The translations under genes and the position numbers were made by a program. Positions 52,779 to 61,976 of a stretch of 64,000 nt of DNA are shown piece by piece. Numbering within the stretch: the stretch's first letter is position 1; each line of letters starts with the position of its first letter. Under the pieces are notes generated by a model. It was not told the DNA's origin. It worked only from the letters and a program-made list of their open reading frames with translations, and made no database searches. Source of the DNA: a virus (Duplodnaviria; Heunggongvirae; Uroviricota; Caudoviricetes); IMG/VR virus record IMGVR_UViG_3300031087_000527, positions 145,384-209,383 of that record, one strand, 5' to 3'.

Positions 52779-53429
52779 ATGGATGGTTCTACAGCTATTT
52801 TTGATTTTGAGAAAATGTTGGAAAATGAAAGGGCTAAATATAATCGAATGAAAGAAAAAGAAATAATGGAACGAATTGATTTTCTTGAGAAAAATAAGAT
52901 TGAACAAAACGCTCATTATTTTTTGGAAACCAGATTTTGGGGTTTGTTTTTATTATTAAGCTTAATGTTAACAACGCTTTCAGTCAGTTTAATTGTGGTT
53001 TTTCTGACAAAATTATTATTTCATTCATTTGGGGCTACTGTATTTTCTTCTTTTTTAGGCGTGTTGCTTGGCGCATGGTTAAGTATTTTACTATTTGAAA
53101 AAGTTAAGGTAAAAGCTAAAGATAAGTATGAAGTTAAGAAGCTTAAAAAACTGAGGAAAAATATGAATAGTAAGCCTGATTTTTTTGACGAGTCATTCTT
53201 GTCATCGACAGCATCACCTGAGTTGATAGTTGCATTCGAAAAAGAAATGGGCAGGCAATACCTGATTGAGATGTATGTAGCTAATAATGGAGAGGAACTT
53301 ACCAATCAAATGCTGATGGATCATTTTAACAAGAGAGATAGAATCGCTCAGGAAGAAAATAATCTCAGGATACTGTATGAGGACTGCATTAAAAAAGTAG
53401 AAGGTAAACATCTTTTTTGTGCTAAATAG
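52779..53429 (+). CDS. membrane protein (216 aa, central pair of TM helices), paralogue of 53499
   Basis: AAAAGGATAAAAT SD. Conserved C-terminus LIEMYVANNGEEL...LYEDCIKKVE. Confidence 0.8.
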   Translation: MDGSTAIFDFEKMLENERAKYNRMKEKEIMERIDFLEKNKIEQNAHYFLETRFWGLFLLLSLMLTTLSVSLIVVFLTKLLFHSFGATVFSSFLGVLLGAWLSILLFEKVKVKAKDKYEVKKLKKLRKNMNSKPDFFDESFLSSTASPELIVAFEKEMGRQYLIEMYVANNGEELTNQMLMDHFNKRDRIAQEENNLRILYEDCIKKVEGKHLFCAK

Positions 53430-53498
53430 AATATGGGCAATGTATTCGTCGAGTCGAAATATTTTATATTTCCTATAAACAAATATTAAGAGGCCGTA

Positions 53499-54098
53499 AT
53501 GTCTAAGTTTAAAATAATATTGGAAAGAGATAAAGAGGATTACAGGGATGAAAAAGGTCGGGAAATAATAAAACAAATAGATTTTTACAAGAATAATAAT
53601 GTAAAGATTAAAGTCGTAGACTTTTTAAATAACCGATTTCCGAACGATTTTATACAGTTTTTTTTAATATTAGGAATTTTTATTCCAGTTAATCTTTTGA
53701 TGTGCAGTATTATGTATTTATTGTTCAAAAATCAAATGGCTATATCTTTATCCATATTGCTTACGTCTATCATTAGTTTTGTAAGTTTACATTTGGTGAG
53801 TATAAAAGCGAAAGACAAAGAAAAGATAGATAATCTAGAAAGTTATTTTGATCAAGAAAATAATTTTTTAAATGATGAGTTTATGAAAATGCCCGCATCT
53901 CAAGATTTACTTGGTGCGTTTAAAAAAGAAATGGGCAAACAAGCATTGATTGAGGCTTATGTCGCAAATAAAGGTGAAGAGCTAAGCAATGAGCAAATAA
54001 TAGCTTATTATGAAAAGCTAGAGAGTGAAGATCTTGATAAAAACAAAGAGTTTAGATTGCTCTATGAGGACTGTATCAAAAAAGTGGAACTCTGCTAA
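53499..54098 (+). CDS. membrane protein (199 aa), paralogue of 52779
   Basis: AAGAGG SD. LIEAYVANKGEEL...LYEDCIKKVE. Confidence 0.8.
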   Translation: MSKFKIILERDKEDYRDEKGREIIKQIDFYKNNNVKIKVVDFLNNRFPNDFIQFFLILGIFIPVNLLMCSIMYLLFKNQMAISLSILLTSIISFVSLHLVSIKAKDKEKIDNLESYFDQENNFLNDEFMKMPASQDLLGAFKKEMGKQALIEAYVANKGEELSNEQIIAYYEKLESEDLDKNKEFRLLYEDCIKKVELC

Positions 54099-54294
54099 AA
54101 ATTATCATTAATTGAATAATTCTCAACAGCAACAAGATTATATAATAAAAAAGAGGCTTTCGTTTACTCTACAAGGACTGTGTTCAGAAAAGGGAGCTTT
54201 ACTAAAAACCTCAATACGCTTTTTTCATTTAACGCTTGTGCATCATCTCAATAGCTGATATTATGTTGTCATACAAACAGTAAAGAGGTGTATC

Positions 54295-54558
54295 ATGGTT
54301 GAGATTCCTAAGTTAAAAGTAGGCGATAAGGTGCTGGTAAAATGGCACAATGGTTTATATCCTGAAGAAGGCGTGTTTATGCTGGAAGAGTATATGTTCT
54401 GCTTAGGATACTTTGAGTCAGAGGATCATCGTACAATGCATCGGTTCACGCCCCTGTCTGATCTCATGCAACCTGCAGATGACCGTACAGCCCATATGTC
54501 AAACATTGGCAGCTATCCTATCGAGGTTGTGCCTATGTTTGAGCTTGTATCTGAATAA
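54295..54558 (+). CDS. hypothetical protein (87 aa)
   Basis: AAAGAGGTG SD. Confidence 0.75.
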   Translation: MVEIPKLKVGDKVLVKWHNGLYPEEGVFMLEEYMFCLGYFESEDHRTMHRFTPLSDLMQPADDRTAHMSNIGSYPIEVVPMFELVSE

Positions 54559-54606
54559 TCTATAAAGCCCTTTAATGAGCTTTTACTCTATCTAAAAGGA
54601 AAAAAT

Positions 54607-54822
54607 ATGCACAGTAAAACCAATGTTGTTGAAAATCCAGAACAAGACGTTGCAGTTTCTTTTGAGTATCGCGGCTATATCGTCAAGCATGTAACGCTCA
54701 AAGAGTTTGGTGTGCTGAACTGGATGTTTGAGCCTCTGGATAAGATCCATGATGGCGAGCGTGAGTGGCGCGTATCTGAAGAGATGGTCATTGAAGCCAT
54801 TGACGAGTATTCTGAAGACTAA
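54607..54822 (+). CDS. hypothetical protein (71 aa)
   Basis: AAAAGGAAAAAAT SD. Confidence 0.7.
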   Translation: MHSKTNVVENPEQDVAVSFEYRGYIVKHVTLKEFGVLNWMFEPLDKIHDGEREWRVSEEMVIEAIDEYSED

Positions 54823-54882
54823 GGTTGTTCTCTGAAGCTGAGCTTGATATAATAAGCTATACTACTAATAAGAGGATGTATC

Positions 54883-55074
54883 ATGAAGCAAGCTGTTTTG
54901 AATAAAACGCCAGAAGGTAATGGTTATGAAGTGCATTACAATGGCAATACGATTTTGAAATCTACTTATCGGGATGCATGGCGTCTCGTTAATGGCCTGT
55001 TAATGTCTGGAGAGATTGACTCCATCGATAACAAAGAAGTGCCGGAACAATCAGTATTTGTCCGAGCAGCATAA
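54883..55074 (+). CDS. hypothetical protein (63 aa)
   Basis: AAGAGGATG SD. Terminator 55093..55118 (GGCCGCGCTGCGGCC). Confidence 0.7.
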   Translation: MKQAVLNKTPEGNGYEVHYNGNTILKSTYRDAWRLVNGLLMSGEIDSIDNKEVPEQSVFVRAA

Positions 55075-55181
55075 TCAATAAAATACTTATATAAAGGCCG
55101 CGCTGCGGCCTTTTTTTATAAATAATTTGCTCAAGTTTCAATCAAAGGTTATGATGGCTCAATGAATATAAGGAGACAAAT

Positions 55182-56288
55182 ATGCTTGCATTTGGTAAAA
55201 AGACAATGTTCAAAGAACAGGCTGTGGCTACGAGTAGAGCGAAAATAAAACGTAATTTTTTGAAGAATTTTTGCGTTGGGACTATGGTTTTAGTTTGTGG
55301 ACTGGTCTCTTATGATGTTGGTGTTACAGCATCAAATATTAACCATATAAATAATATGGCTGAATATAAGATACAAAATCAGAAATCTCTGGATAATTAC
55401 AGTACCTTTAAAGATCGAGTGATGGCAGTTCCTTATTCGGATGCGCAGTTCAAAAAAGATTTAACCACATTTGAATATATGTATGGTTATAAAGGCTCGG
55501 ATAGCCCCGTTTATAAAAAAATAATAGAGGATGAGAAAAAAAGTTTAAACGTATTATTATATCAAAACTTAGCTAAGGATAATGCTAACAATTTCTATTC
55601 TGATTTATACACTATGACTAAAAGTTATACATTAAAAGATTATATAAATAGAAACAGTGTCGGTCATAAAAAATTTACAGATGATGTCTCAAAGGTGCAA
55701 GGTAAGCATGAAATAGCAGCCATCAAGTATGAAGATGTATTTAATATGAATCAGAAAGAAAGGATTGCTAATATGGCATCCCAAACACTAGGATATTATT
55801 ATAGTAATATCGATAATAAAATGTATCAAAACTTCAGAAATTTACTGGTCGAAAAAGGTTTTAGTGCTAATGCTTATTTTCCTGATAAGGAAAAAGCAGG
55901 AAAATACCATGACCTTTATTATGATTATTTGTATAACTATGAGATGTCTTCTGAAAAGTTGGCTATAAGACAGGATTTCTATGATGATGTTTATAAAAAT
56001 AATCAAACTATCAGGCAATATTATGAGCAAGGCGATTTCAAAAAACTGCGAGAGCTATTTAAAATAGGTAATGGTTTTGCTCAAATAGCAATAACTGATT
56101 ATATCAATGACACAAAAGAAAATAGCAATTTGGGAGAGCCTTTTTATCATCGTTTAGCTCAGCACTTCGAAATGCATCCTGATCTTAAAAAACCCGCTAA
56201 GGTTTACGAAGAGTATACTGGTTCAACTTCTCCAGAAAAGAAAGGCCTCTATGACAGAAGTATTGATACATTTTTGTATATGCCATGA
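55182..56288 (+). CDS. signal-anchored paralogue 1 of 6 (368 aa): basic N-terminus, one TM helix, about 300-aa extracytoplasmic domain
   Basis: AAGGAGACAAAT SD. Motifs VPYSDAQFKKDL, YY..GD.KKLRELFKIGNGF and YTGS.SPEK shared with the next five ORFs. Confidence 0.85.
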   Translation: MLAFGKKTMFKEQAVATSRAKIKRNFLKNFCVGTMVLVCGLVSYDVGVTASNINHINNMAEYKIQNQKSLDNYSTFKDRVMAVPYSDAQFKKDLTTFEYMYGYKGSDSPVYKKIIEDEKKSLNVLLYQNLAKDNANNFYSDLYTMTKSYTLKDYINRNSVGHKKFTDDVSKVQGKHEIAAIKYEDVFNMNQKERIANMASQTLGYYYSNIDNKMYQNFRNLLVEKGFSANAYFPDKEKAGKYHDLYYDYLYNYEMSSEKLAIRQDFYDDVYKNNQTIRQYYEQGDFKKLRELFKIGNGFAQIAITDYINDTKENSNLGEPFYHRLAQHFEMHPDLKKPAKVYEEYTGSTSPEKKGLYDRSIDTFLYMP

Positions 56289-56410
56289 AGATATTTTTTT
56301 CTATTAAATTCTTAAAGAACCACTCGTTGGTTCTTTTTGTTTACATAATAAATTTGGTATATTATCAGCAAAAATAGTATTATTACACTATGATAAAATG
56401 AGGACTATCT

Positions 56411-57502
56411 ATGCTAAAGTTTGGCAATAAAACACTATTCAATCAAAAAATCGCTAGGTCAGAAAAATCTGTTATAAAAAGAAAAACATGGAAGCATATT
56501 GCTGCAGGCGTACTCTGCTTATTTGGAGGAATGGCTACCTATGATGTGGCTGTGACGGCGTCAAACATTAGTCATGTTAATAAAATGGTTGAATACAAGA
56601 TAGCGGACAATGCCTCACTTGATAACTACAGTTCTTTTAAGGCCAGAGTGATGGCTGTACCTTATTCGGATGCGCAGTTCAAAAAAGATTTGAAGACCTT
56701 TGAGTATATATATGGTTACAAAGGCAATGAGAATGTTGTTTTCAAACACTATATGTGGCGTGATCGCGCAGTTGGAAGTAATGTTGAATTGAATGCTATG
56801 CTTGTGATGAATGTTAGGTTTGATAATCCTGGGGAGCTTTATAAAGACATCTATAACTTTACAAAAGGGCGTGATGTTAAGGAGATGACTGATGGAAGAG
56901 AAAATGATTTTTACGGAAAAATTAATGATATTTATAACCAGCATATACCATTTAAAAAGGTTTTTAATAATGCTCAGATGATGAAGTCGATAAGAGCAAA
57001 CATGTCGCTAGGATCTTCTTATAGCTATATTCATAGTGAAAGTAAAATGTATGACAATCTTAGCCAGTTGCTGGTTGAACAGGGGTTTAATCCTCAATCC
57101 TATTTTGCCAGTAAAGAAGATGTCAGAAAAGTGGAATCTATTATTGGTCTTTCTACTAGTGCTGAAAATAAAGTTATATTTGAAAACTATGCTCATCAGG
57201 TAGACAAAAATAACAGAGATTTACGAGCTTATTACGAAAAAGGGGATCTGAAAAAGTTAAGAGAGCTATTCAAAATAGGAAATGGTTTCTCCAAAGTAGT
57301 GGTTTCTGATTATATTGATGGCATGAAAAAAGATTACAATATAGGATATTCTTTTTCATCTTATCTATATCAGAATGAAAGTTTGGGTACAATTAATTTC
57401 CTGAAGCCTGCTGAGTTGTATTCTAAATATACTGGCTCATTAACACCAGAAAAAGAAAAAATATATAAAAAAGATATATTGGATATTTGGTATAGACCAT
57501 AA
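56411..57502 (+). CDS. signal-anchored paralogue 2 of 6 (363 aa)
   Basis: Closest to paralogue 1. A stretch longer than 30 nt, CCTTATTCGGATGCGCAGTTCAAAAAAGATTT, is identical at the DNA level. Confidence 0.85.
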   Translation: MLKFGNKTLFNQKIARSEKSVIKRKTWKHIAAGVLCLFGGMATYDVAVTASNISHVNKMVEYKIADNASLDNYSSFKARVMAVPYSDAQFKKDLKTFEYIYGYKGNENVVFKHYMWRDRAVGSNVELNAMLVMNVRFDNPGELYKDIYNFTKGRDVKEMTDGRENDFYGKINDIYNQHIPFKKVFNNAQMMKSIRANMSLGSSYSYIHSESKMYDNLSQLLVEQGFNPQSYFASKEDVRKVESIIGLSTSAENKVIFENYAHQVDKNNRDLRAYYEKGDLKKLRELFKIGNGFSKVVVSDYIDGMKKDYNIGYSFSSYLYQNESLGTINFLKPAELYSKYTGSLTPEKEKIYKKDILDIWYRP

Positions 57503-57511
57503 GAGGCTAAA

Positions 57512-58585
57512 ATGTTAAAAACTAAAAATATTTTTTATAGAACTATCAGCTATGCTAAAACAAATAGCAGTAAAATCAATAAAGCGTCTCTCCTTAAGAG
57601 AGTTGCTTTAGGTGTCTCACTTTCTATTGCTGCTATAGCCTCTTGGGATGTGGCGGTTAACCTGACCAATATTAAACATGTTGCTGACATGGTTGACTAT
57701 AAAGTGTATAACAACGCTCAGACAAACAACTATTCAAATTTTAAGTCTAAAATGGAGGCTGTTCCTTATTCAGATGAGGATTTTAACCGAGATCTAAACA
57801 TATTTAAGTTAACCTATATTGATGGTAATAAATCTTTTAGAAATACAATAAACTATGGCGATGGTCTTGATACACTTTTACTGCTTAAATACACTTACAC
57901 TGATCCTGTTGGTTATTTAAAAGAGATGTCTTTTGTGAATCAGGAGTCTGTTGATAATCTAAATAATCACAACCCAAGATCAAAACTTAACGCAGAAAAA
58001 ATACAGCGTATTACAGATAAATATAAAATAAAAAGCGATGGGTTTTCTTACGCTGACGATTTACAAGTAAAGAAGCGTGCTAAATCTATATTTGTTGTGA
58101 TGAATAGTGATTTAAATATTGCTGCTGATAATACGTATGCGCCTATTTATGGCAACTTTGAAAGATTATTAAGCGAACATGATATAAACAAAAACATGTA
58201 TTTATGGAGATCAGCTTATATCAAAATGAAGTTTGGAAAAATAAGCGCAAAAGAATATCAGAGTGAACAAGATAAAATAGATAGAGGCGTTGCATTAAAT
58301 ATTGAAACATTAAAGCAATACTATAAGAATGGCGATTTGGATAAGCTAAGGGGAGTATTCCGTTTTGGTAATGCTTTTACTTCTGTAGCAGTAGATCAAT
58401 CTCTAAAAGAAAATGCGCATATAGGCATCCCCATATCTGCTCTGCTTATGACATATTTTGATAATGACTATGATTATTACGATACTATGCAAGAAGGTGC
58501 TAAGGCATATCAGAAGATGACTGGAACACTAACGCCTGAAAAAGAATCGCTTTACGGTAAAGACGATTTTATTCTATGGCACTAA
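57512..58585 (+). CDS. signal-anchored paralogue 3 of 6 (357 aa)
   Basis: 9-nt spacer from the previous gene. VPYSDEDF, YYKNGDLDKLRGVFRFGNAF, TGTLTPEK. Confidence 0.85.
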   Translation: MLKTKNIFYRTISYAKTNSSKINKASLLKRVALGVSLSIAAIASWDVAVNLTNIKHVADMVDYKVYNNAQTNNYSNFKSKMEAVPYSDEDFNRDLNIFKLTYIDGNKSFRNTINYGDGLDTLLLLKYTYTDPVGYLKEMSFVNQESVDNLNNHNPRSKLNAEKIQRITDKYKIKSDGFSYADDLQVKKRAKSIFVVMNSDLNIAADNTYAPIYGNFERLLSEHDINKNMYLWRSAYIKMKFGKISAKEYQSEQDKIDRGVALNIETLKQYYKNGDLDKLRGVFRFGNAFTSVAVDQSLKENAHIGIPISALLMTYFDNDYDYYDTMQEGAKAYQKMTGTLTPEKESLYGKDDFILWH

Positions 58586-58600
58586 ATAAGGGTTAAATAA

Positions 58601-59653
58601 ATGCTTAAAGTAAAAAGTATATTTAATAATGATATAGCCTATAAAGAGAGATCGGCTAAGGTCAGTAAGACTTCTGTTGTTAAAAAAGTAATAGTAGGCG
58701 CAATGTTTACCGTGGCAGGCATTGCTGCATGTGATGTAGCTATATTAAGTGGTGATGTTGCGAAAGTAAATACAGTGGCAAATTACAAAGTAAATCATTA
58801 TAAATCGTTGTCTTCGTATAGCACGTTTAAAGAAAAAATAGACGCTGTTCCTTATACAGATGCGCAGTTTAATCAGGATTTAAAGGTTCTTGATGCTATC
58901 TATAATCATCAGGACAACGTTATGTATAACAAAGTAATGAGCAGCGCTAGTGGGGCTTATGGCTCTTTTTTAGGTATGATGGTGTTAGGAAGTGGTAAGT
59001 ATATTGATCAGGCTGCCACGTATAATAAGCTGCTCCCCTTAACAAAAGATATGCCTGAAAAGGAACTGAAAGATGTAAATCCTGAAATATATAGAGCATT
59101 TGCCTTGGATGAGGCTGTTAAAAAGGATAAAGTAAAGTGGGCTATGAATTCGCTAGCTTCTCTTAAAATGAGTGTGAGCTATGCCTCTTTTGGTGAGGGT
59201 ATAGATTTGAATAAAGGGCTTTATGAAAACATGGAGCGTTATTTCAAAGAAAAAGGATTTGGTGAAAATATTCTTTTCATATCGCCTGACCTTGCTCTTT
59301 CACGAGGTGATAGAAGTAAAGATATTCAAAATTTTTATACGAAGGCAAAAGAATCCACTCAGAAAGCGAATACTGAACTTGAAAGTATTTACCGTTCTGG
59401 TGATAAGGCGAAGCTGAAAGAGCTGCTCCAGATGGCTTATGCTTTCCAATATCGCATAGCGGGAGAGATAGCTCAGAAAACATATAATGTAGGCTGGGTT
59501 GAGCCGCCTCTTTCATTTCAGCTTATGGGAAATGCTGAAAATGGTTATGGTTTAGCGAAAAGTATAAAATGGATTGCTCAGAAAAATGGCGATTATACGC
59601 CTGAAAACGCTATATATTATGATAATGATTTCTTTTTTTCGTTATATTACTAA
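58601..59653 (+). CDS. signal-anchored paralogue 4 of 6 (350 aa)
   Basis: 15-nt spacer. VPYTDAQF, YRSGDKAKLKELLQMAYAF, GDYTPEN. Confidence 0.85.
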   Translation: MLKVKSIFNNDIAYKERSAKVSKTSVVKKVIVGAMFTVAGIAACDVAILSGDVAKVNTVANYKVNHYKSLSSYSTFKEKIDAVPYTDAQFNQDLKVLDAIYNHQDNVMYNKVMSSASGAYGSFLGMMVLGSGKYIDQAATYNKLLPLTKDMPEKELKDVNPEIYRAFALDEAVKKDKVKWAMNSLASLKMSVSYASFGEGIDLNKGLYENMERYFKEKGFGENILFISPDLALSRGDRSKDIQNFYTKAKESTQKANTELESIYRSGDKAKLKELLQMAYAFQYRIAGEIAQKTYNVGWVEPPLSFQLMGNAENGYGLAKSIKWIAQKNGDYTPENAIYYDNDFFFSLYY

Positions 59654-59664
59654 GGAAATAAGAT

Positions 59665-60717
59665 ATGTTAAAAACAAAAGGTATGTTTGAGCAAAAATAT
59701 ACATATTCTAATGCATCAAAAAATAAAATCGCAAAGGCTTCATTGTTAAAACGTGTTGCTTTAGGTGTTGGCTTGACTATTGCGGCAATTACATCATGGG
59801 ATTTGGCTCTAATCAATACATATGCTGTTAAAATAAATGACTTAGCAGACTATAAGGTGAGTCATTATGCTGGCTTAACAAGCTATGATAACTTTAAAAA
59901 ACAGATAGAGACTGTGCCTTATTCGGATGCGCAATTTGACTATGATTTAAAGACATTAGACTATCTCTATGGGCATAAAGATAACCTCATGTATAGAAAA
60001 ATGATTAGCTACTCAAATAGTGGATATGGTTCTTTTTTAGTCTCTGCTATAGTTAATAACTTTGAACATAAAGATCCACATAAGACATATAAAAAACTAT
60101 TACAAGAAACGGCAAGTATGCCTAATACAAAAGAAATACCATCTAATCTTTATTCTTTTACCAGTAGAGATATAACCCCTGAGAATAATAAAGATATCGC
60201 AAGAGTAAGGATGTCAAGCCTTTTCAAGTTGGGTAATAGTTATGGCTCTTTTGGTCCGAGTATAACTATAAACAGAGCAATATATGATAATATGAATACG
60301 TATTTAAAAGAGAAAGGATATAAAGAGAATCTGTTATTTATCGATCCTAATCTTTCTTATAATCGAGAAGAGCTGACGAAAACAAAATCACAGTCAATTA
60401 AATATCTTGAAGAAATAAGGCATTCTCAAGATAAAGCAAATGCTGAGATAGAAAAGTATTATCGATCAGGAGATTTGGTAAAACTTAAGGAGCTATTTAA
60501 AATGGCTCATGCTTTCACTTACAATATCGTTGAACAGCCTATGTCTTATATAAATAAAAATGCGCCATCCTCAAACCTAATATCTTCTATATTATTCGAC
60601 AGGATATATAATGGATCTGTAATTTACGATAGTGCTGGTTTTATTTCTAAGGTTAAAGGTGAGTATACTCCTGAGAAGTCTGTCTATTATGAAAACCCCT
60701 TTGGCCTTTATTACTGA
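59665..60717 (+). CDS. signal-anchored paralogue 5 of 6 (350 aa)
   Basis: 11-nt spacer. VPYSDAQF, YYRSGDLVKLKELFKMAHAF, GEYTPEK. Confidence 0.85.
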   Translation: MLKTKGMFEQKYTYSNASKNKIAKASLLKRVALGVGLTIAAITSWDLALINTYAVKINDLADYKVSHYAGLTSYDNFKKQIETVPYSDAQFDYDLKTLDYLYGHKDNLMYRKMISYSNSGYGSFLVSAIVNNFEHKDPHKTYKKLLQETASMPNTKEIPSNLYSFTSRDITPENNKDIARVRMSSLFKLGNSYGSFGPSITINRAIYDNMNTYLKEKGYKENLLFIDPNLSYNREELTKTKSQSIKYLEEIRHSQDKANAEIEKYYRSGDLVKLKELFKMAHAFTYNIVEQPMSYINKNAPSSNLISSILFDRIYNGSVIYDSAGFISKVKGEYTPEKSVYYENPFGLYY

Positions 60718-60726
60718 GGAAATACA

Positions 60727-61830
60727 ATGATTACACTAAAAAGAAAAGAGAATATTTTTGATAAAGATATATCACATAAAAACAACTCAGTGGTCAAATC
60801 TAAAGGTTTTTTCAAGAAATCCTTTATATCATTGTCATTGCTTTGTCTGACGGCTGTATCCTTAGATATAGGAACGTCAGTATCTAATGGCGTAAAGATG
60901 TCAAACTTTGCTGATAGTAGAGCAGCTTACTTTGAAAGCGTTGAAACCTATTCAGCATTCAAAAATAAGGCTGATGCCGTTCCTTATTCTAAGAGTGATT
61001 TTGAGAAAGATATGGCGTTATTCAAGTTTATTTATTTGGATTCTCGCAACAATACATTATTTACGTATATGAATGAAACAAATACTTTTGATGCCTTTGT
61101 TCGAGCAAAATATAAATATAATGGAATAGATAATACTAAACATCTGGCAGCGCTTATGGGGATGCTTTCAAAAGATCAATATTTTTCTGAAGGGAATGAA
61201 AATATACAAAGTCTACAGAATAATATTAGTCTTTATCAAGATAAACTAAAAAATAATTTGAGCAAAAAAGAATCTCTCGATTATGTGCAATATTCTTTTT
61301 CAACAAGAGATGGTTATACGAAAGATCCATCCTTATCTGAAAAAATGTATAATAACATAATACAGTATTCTAATAAGCAAGGACTGGATGCCAATCTCTT
61401 TATGTTAAACCCCACTCAATCTCAGAAGTATGTTGAGCTTAAAAACTCTTTAGCTTATGGCTACACGAAAGATGATGCCTTTATTAAAAAGACGTTTAAT
61501 GAAATAAATGAACTTAAAGAGGCTAGAAGTATTGGACTTCAAGAAATGATAACAGCTTACGATAAGCATGACTATGATAAACTGTATACAATGTTTAAGA
61601 CGTTTAATGCTTTTTATACGATTATCTCTAAGGACAGGCCTCAAAACACAAGTCCTGAAATTGAAACCTATCTGACAAGTAAAATCTATATTTCAGAGAA
61701 GGATAGAATGGATTGGGCTATTACAAATAATGTTGATAAGGTTTATCGAATTCTAAATGAAAACCAGAAAGGAACGATATACGGTGATGACGAAGAATCC
61801 AGTCTGCGCGGGTGGTTTGTGGCTTTTTAA
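60727..61830 (+). CDS. signal-anchored paralogue 6 of 6 (367 aa), most divergent
   Basis: 9-nt spacer. VPYSKSDF. Same TM topology. Confidence 0.8.
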   Translation: MITLKRKENIFDKDISHKNNSVVKSKGFFKKSFISLSLLCLTAVSLDIGTSVSNGVKMSNFADSRAAYFESVETYSAFKNKADAVPYSKSDFEKDMALFKFIYLDSRNNTLFTYMNETNTFDAFVRAKYKYNGIDNTKHLAALMGMLSKDQYFSEGNENIQSLQNNISLYQDKLKNNLSKKESLDYVQYSFSTRDGYTKDPSLSEKMYNNIIQYSNKQGLDANLFMLNPTQSQKYVELKNSLAYGYTKDDAFIKKTFNEINELKEARSIGLQEMITAYDKHDYDKLYTMFKTFNAFYTIISKDRPQNTSPEIETYLTSKIYISEKDRMDWAITNNVDKVYRILNENQKGTIYGDDEESSLRGWFVAF

Positions 61831-61976
61831 AAATAAAAAAACAGGAAAATTTCTTATTATTTGACAAAGTTTATTTAACTCCTAAATTATTATTAATAAA
61901 TATTTATCCATTATTTAAAAATATGGAATGGTGTTTTAACTTATTTTATTACTAATACTACCAATCAGGAGTTTAT

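Noticed and set aside
1220-53576. Other antisense or overlapping track ORFs, such as 1220-1486, 4176-4523, 5276-5554, 7466-7768, 13387-13599, 14185-14556, 15757-16038, 16306-16587, 30901-31242, 32171-32359, 35704-36000, 45483-45821, 47484-47799, 48554-48836, 51328-51735, 52257-52616 and 53021-53576
   Set aside because: They are embedded in stronger same-locus genes on the opposite strand or in another frame, with no SD sequences. They are typical AT-rich-genome artefacts.
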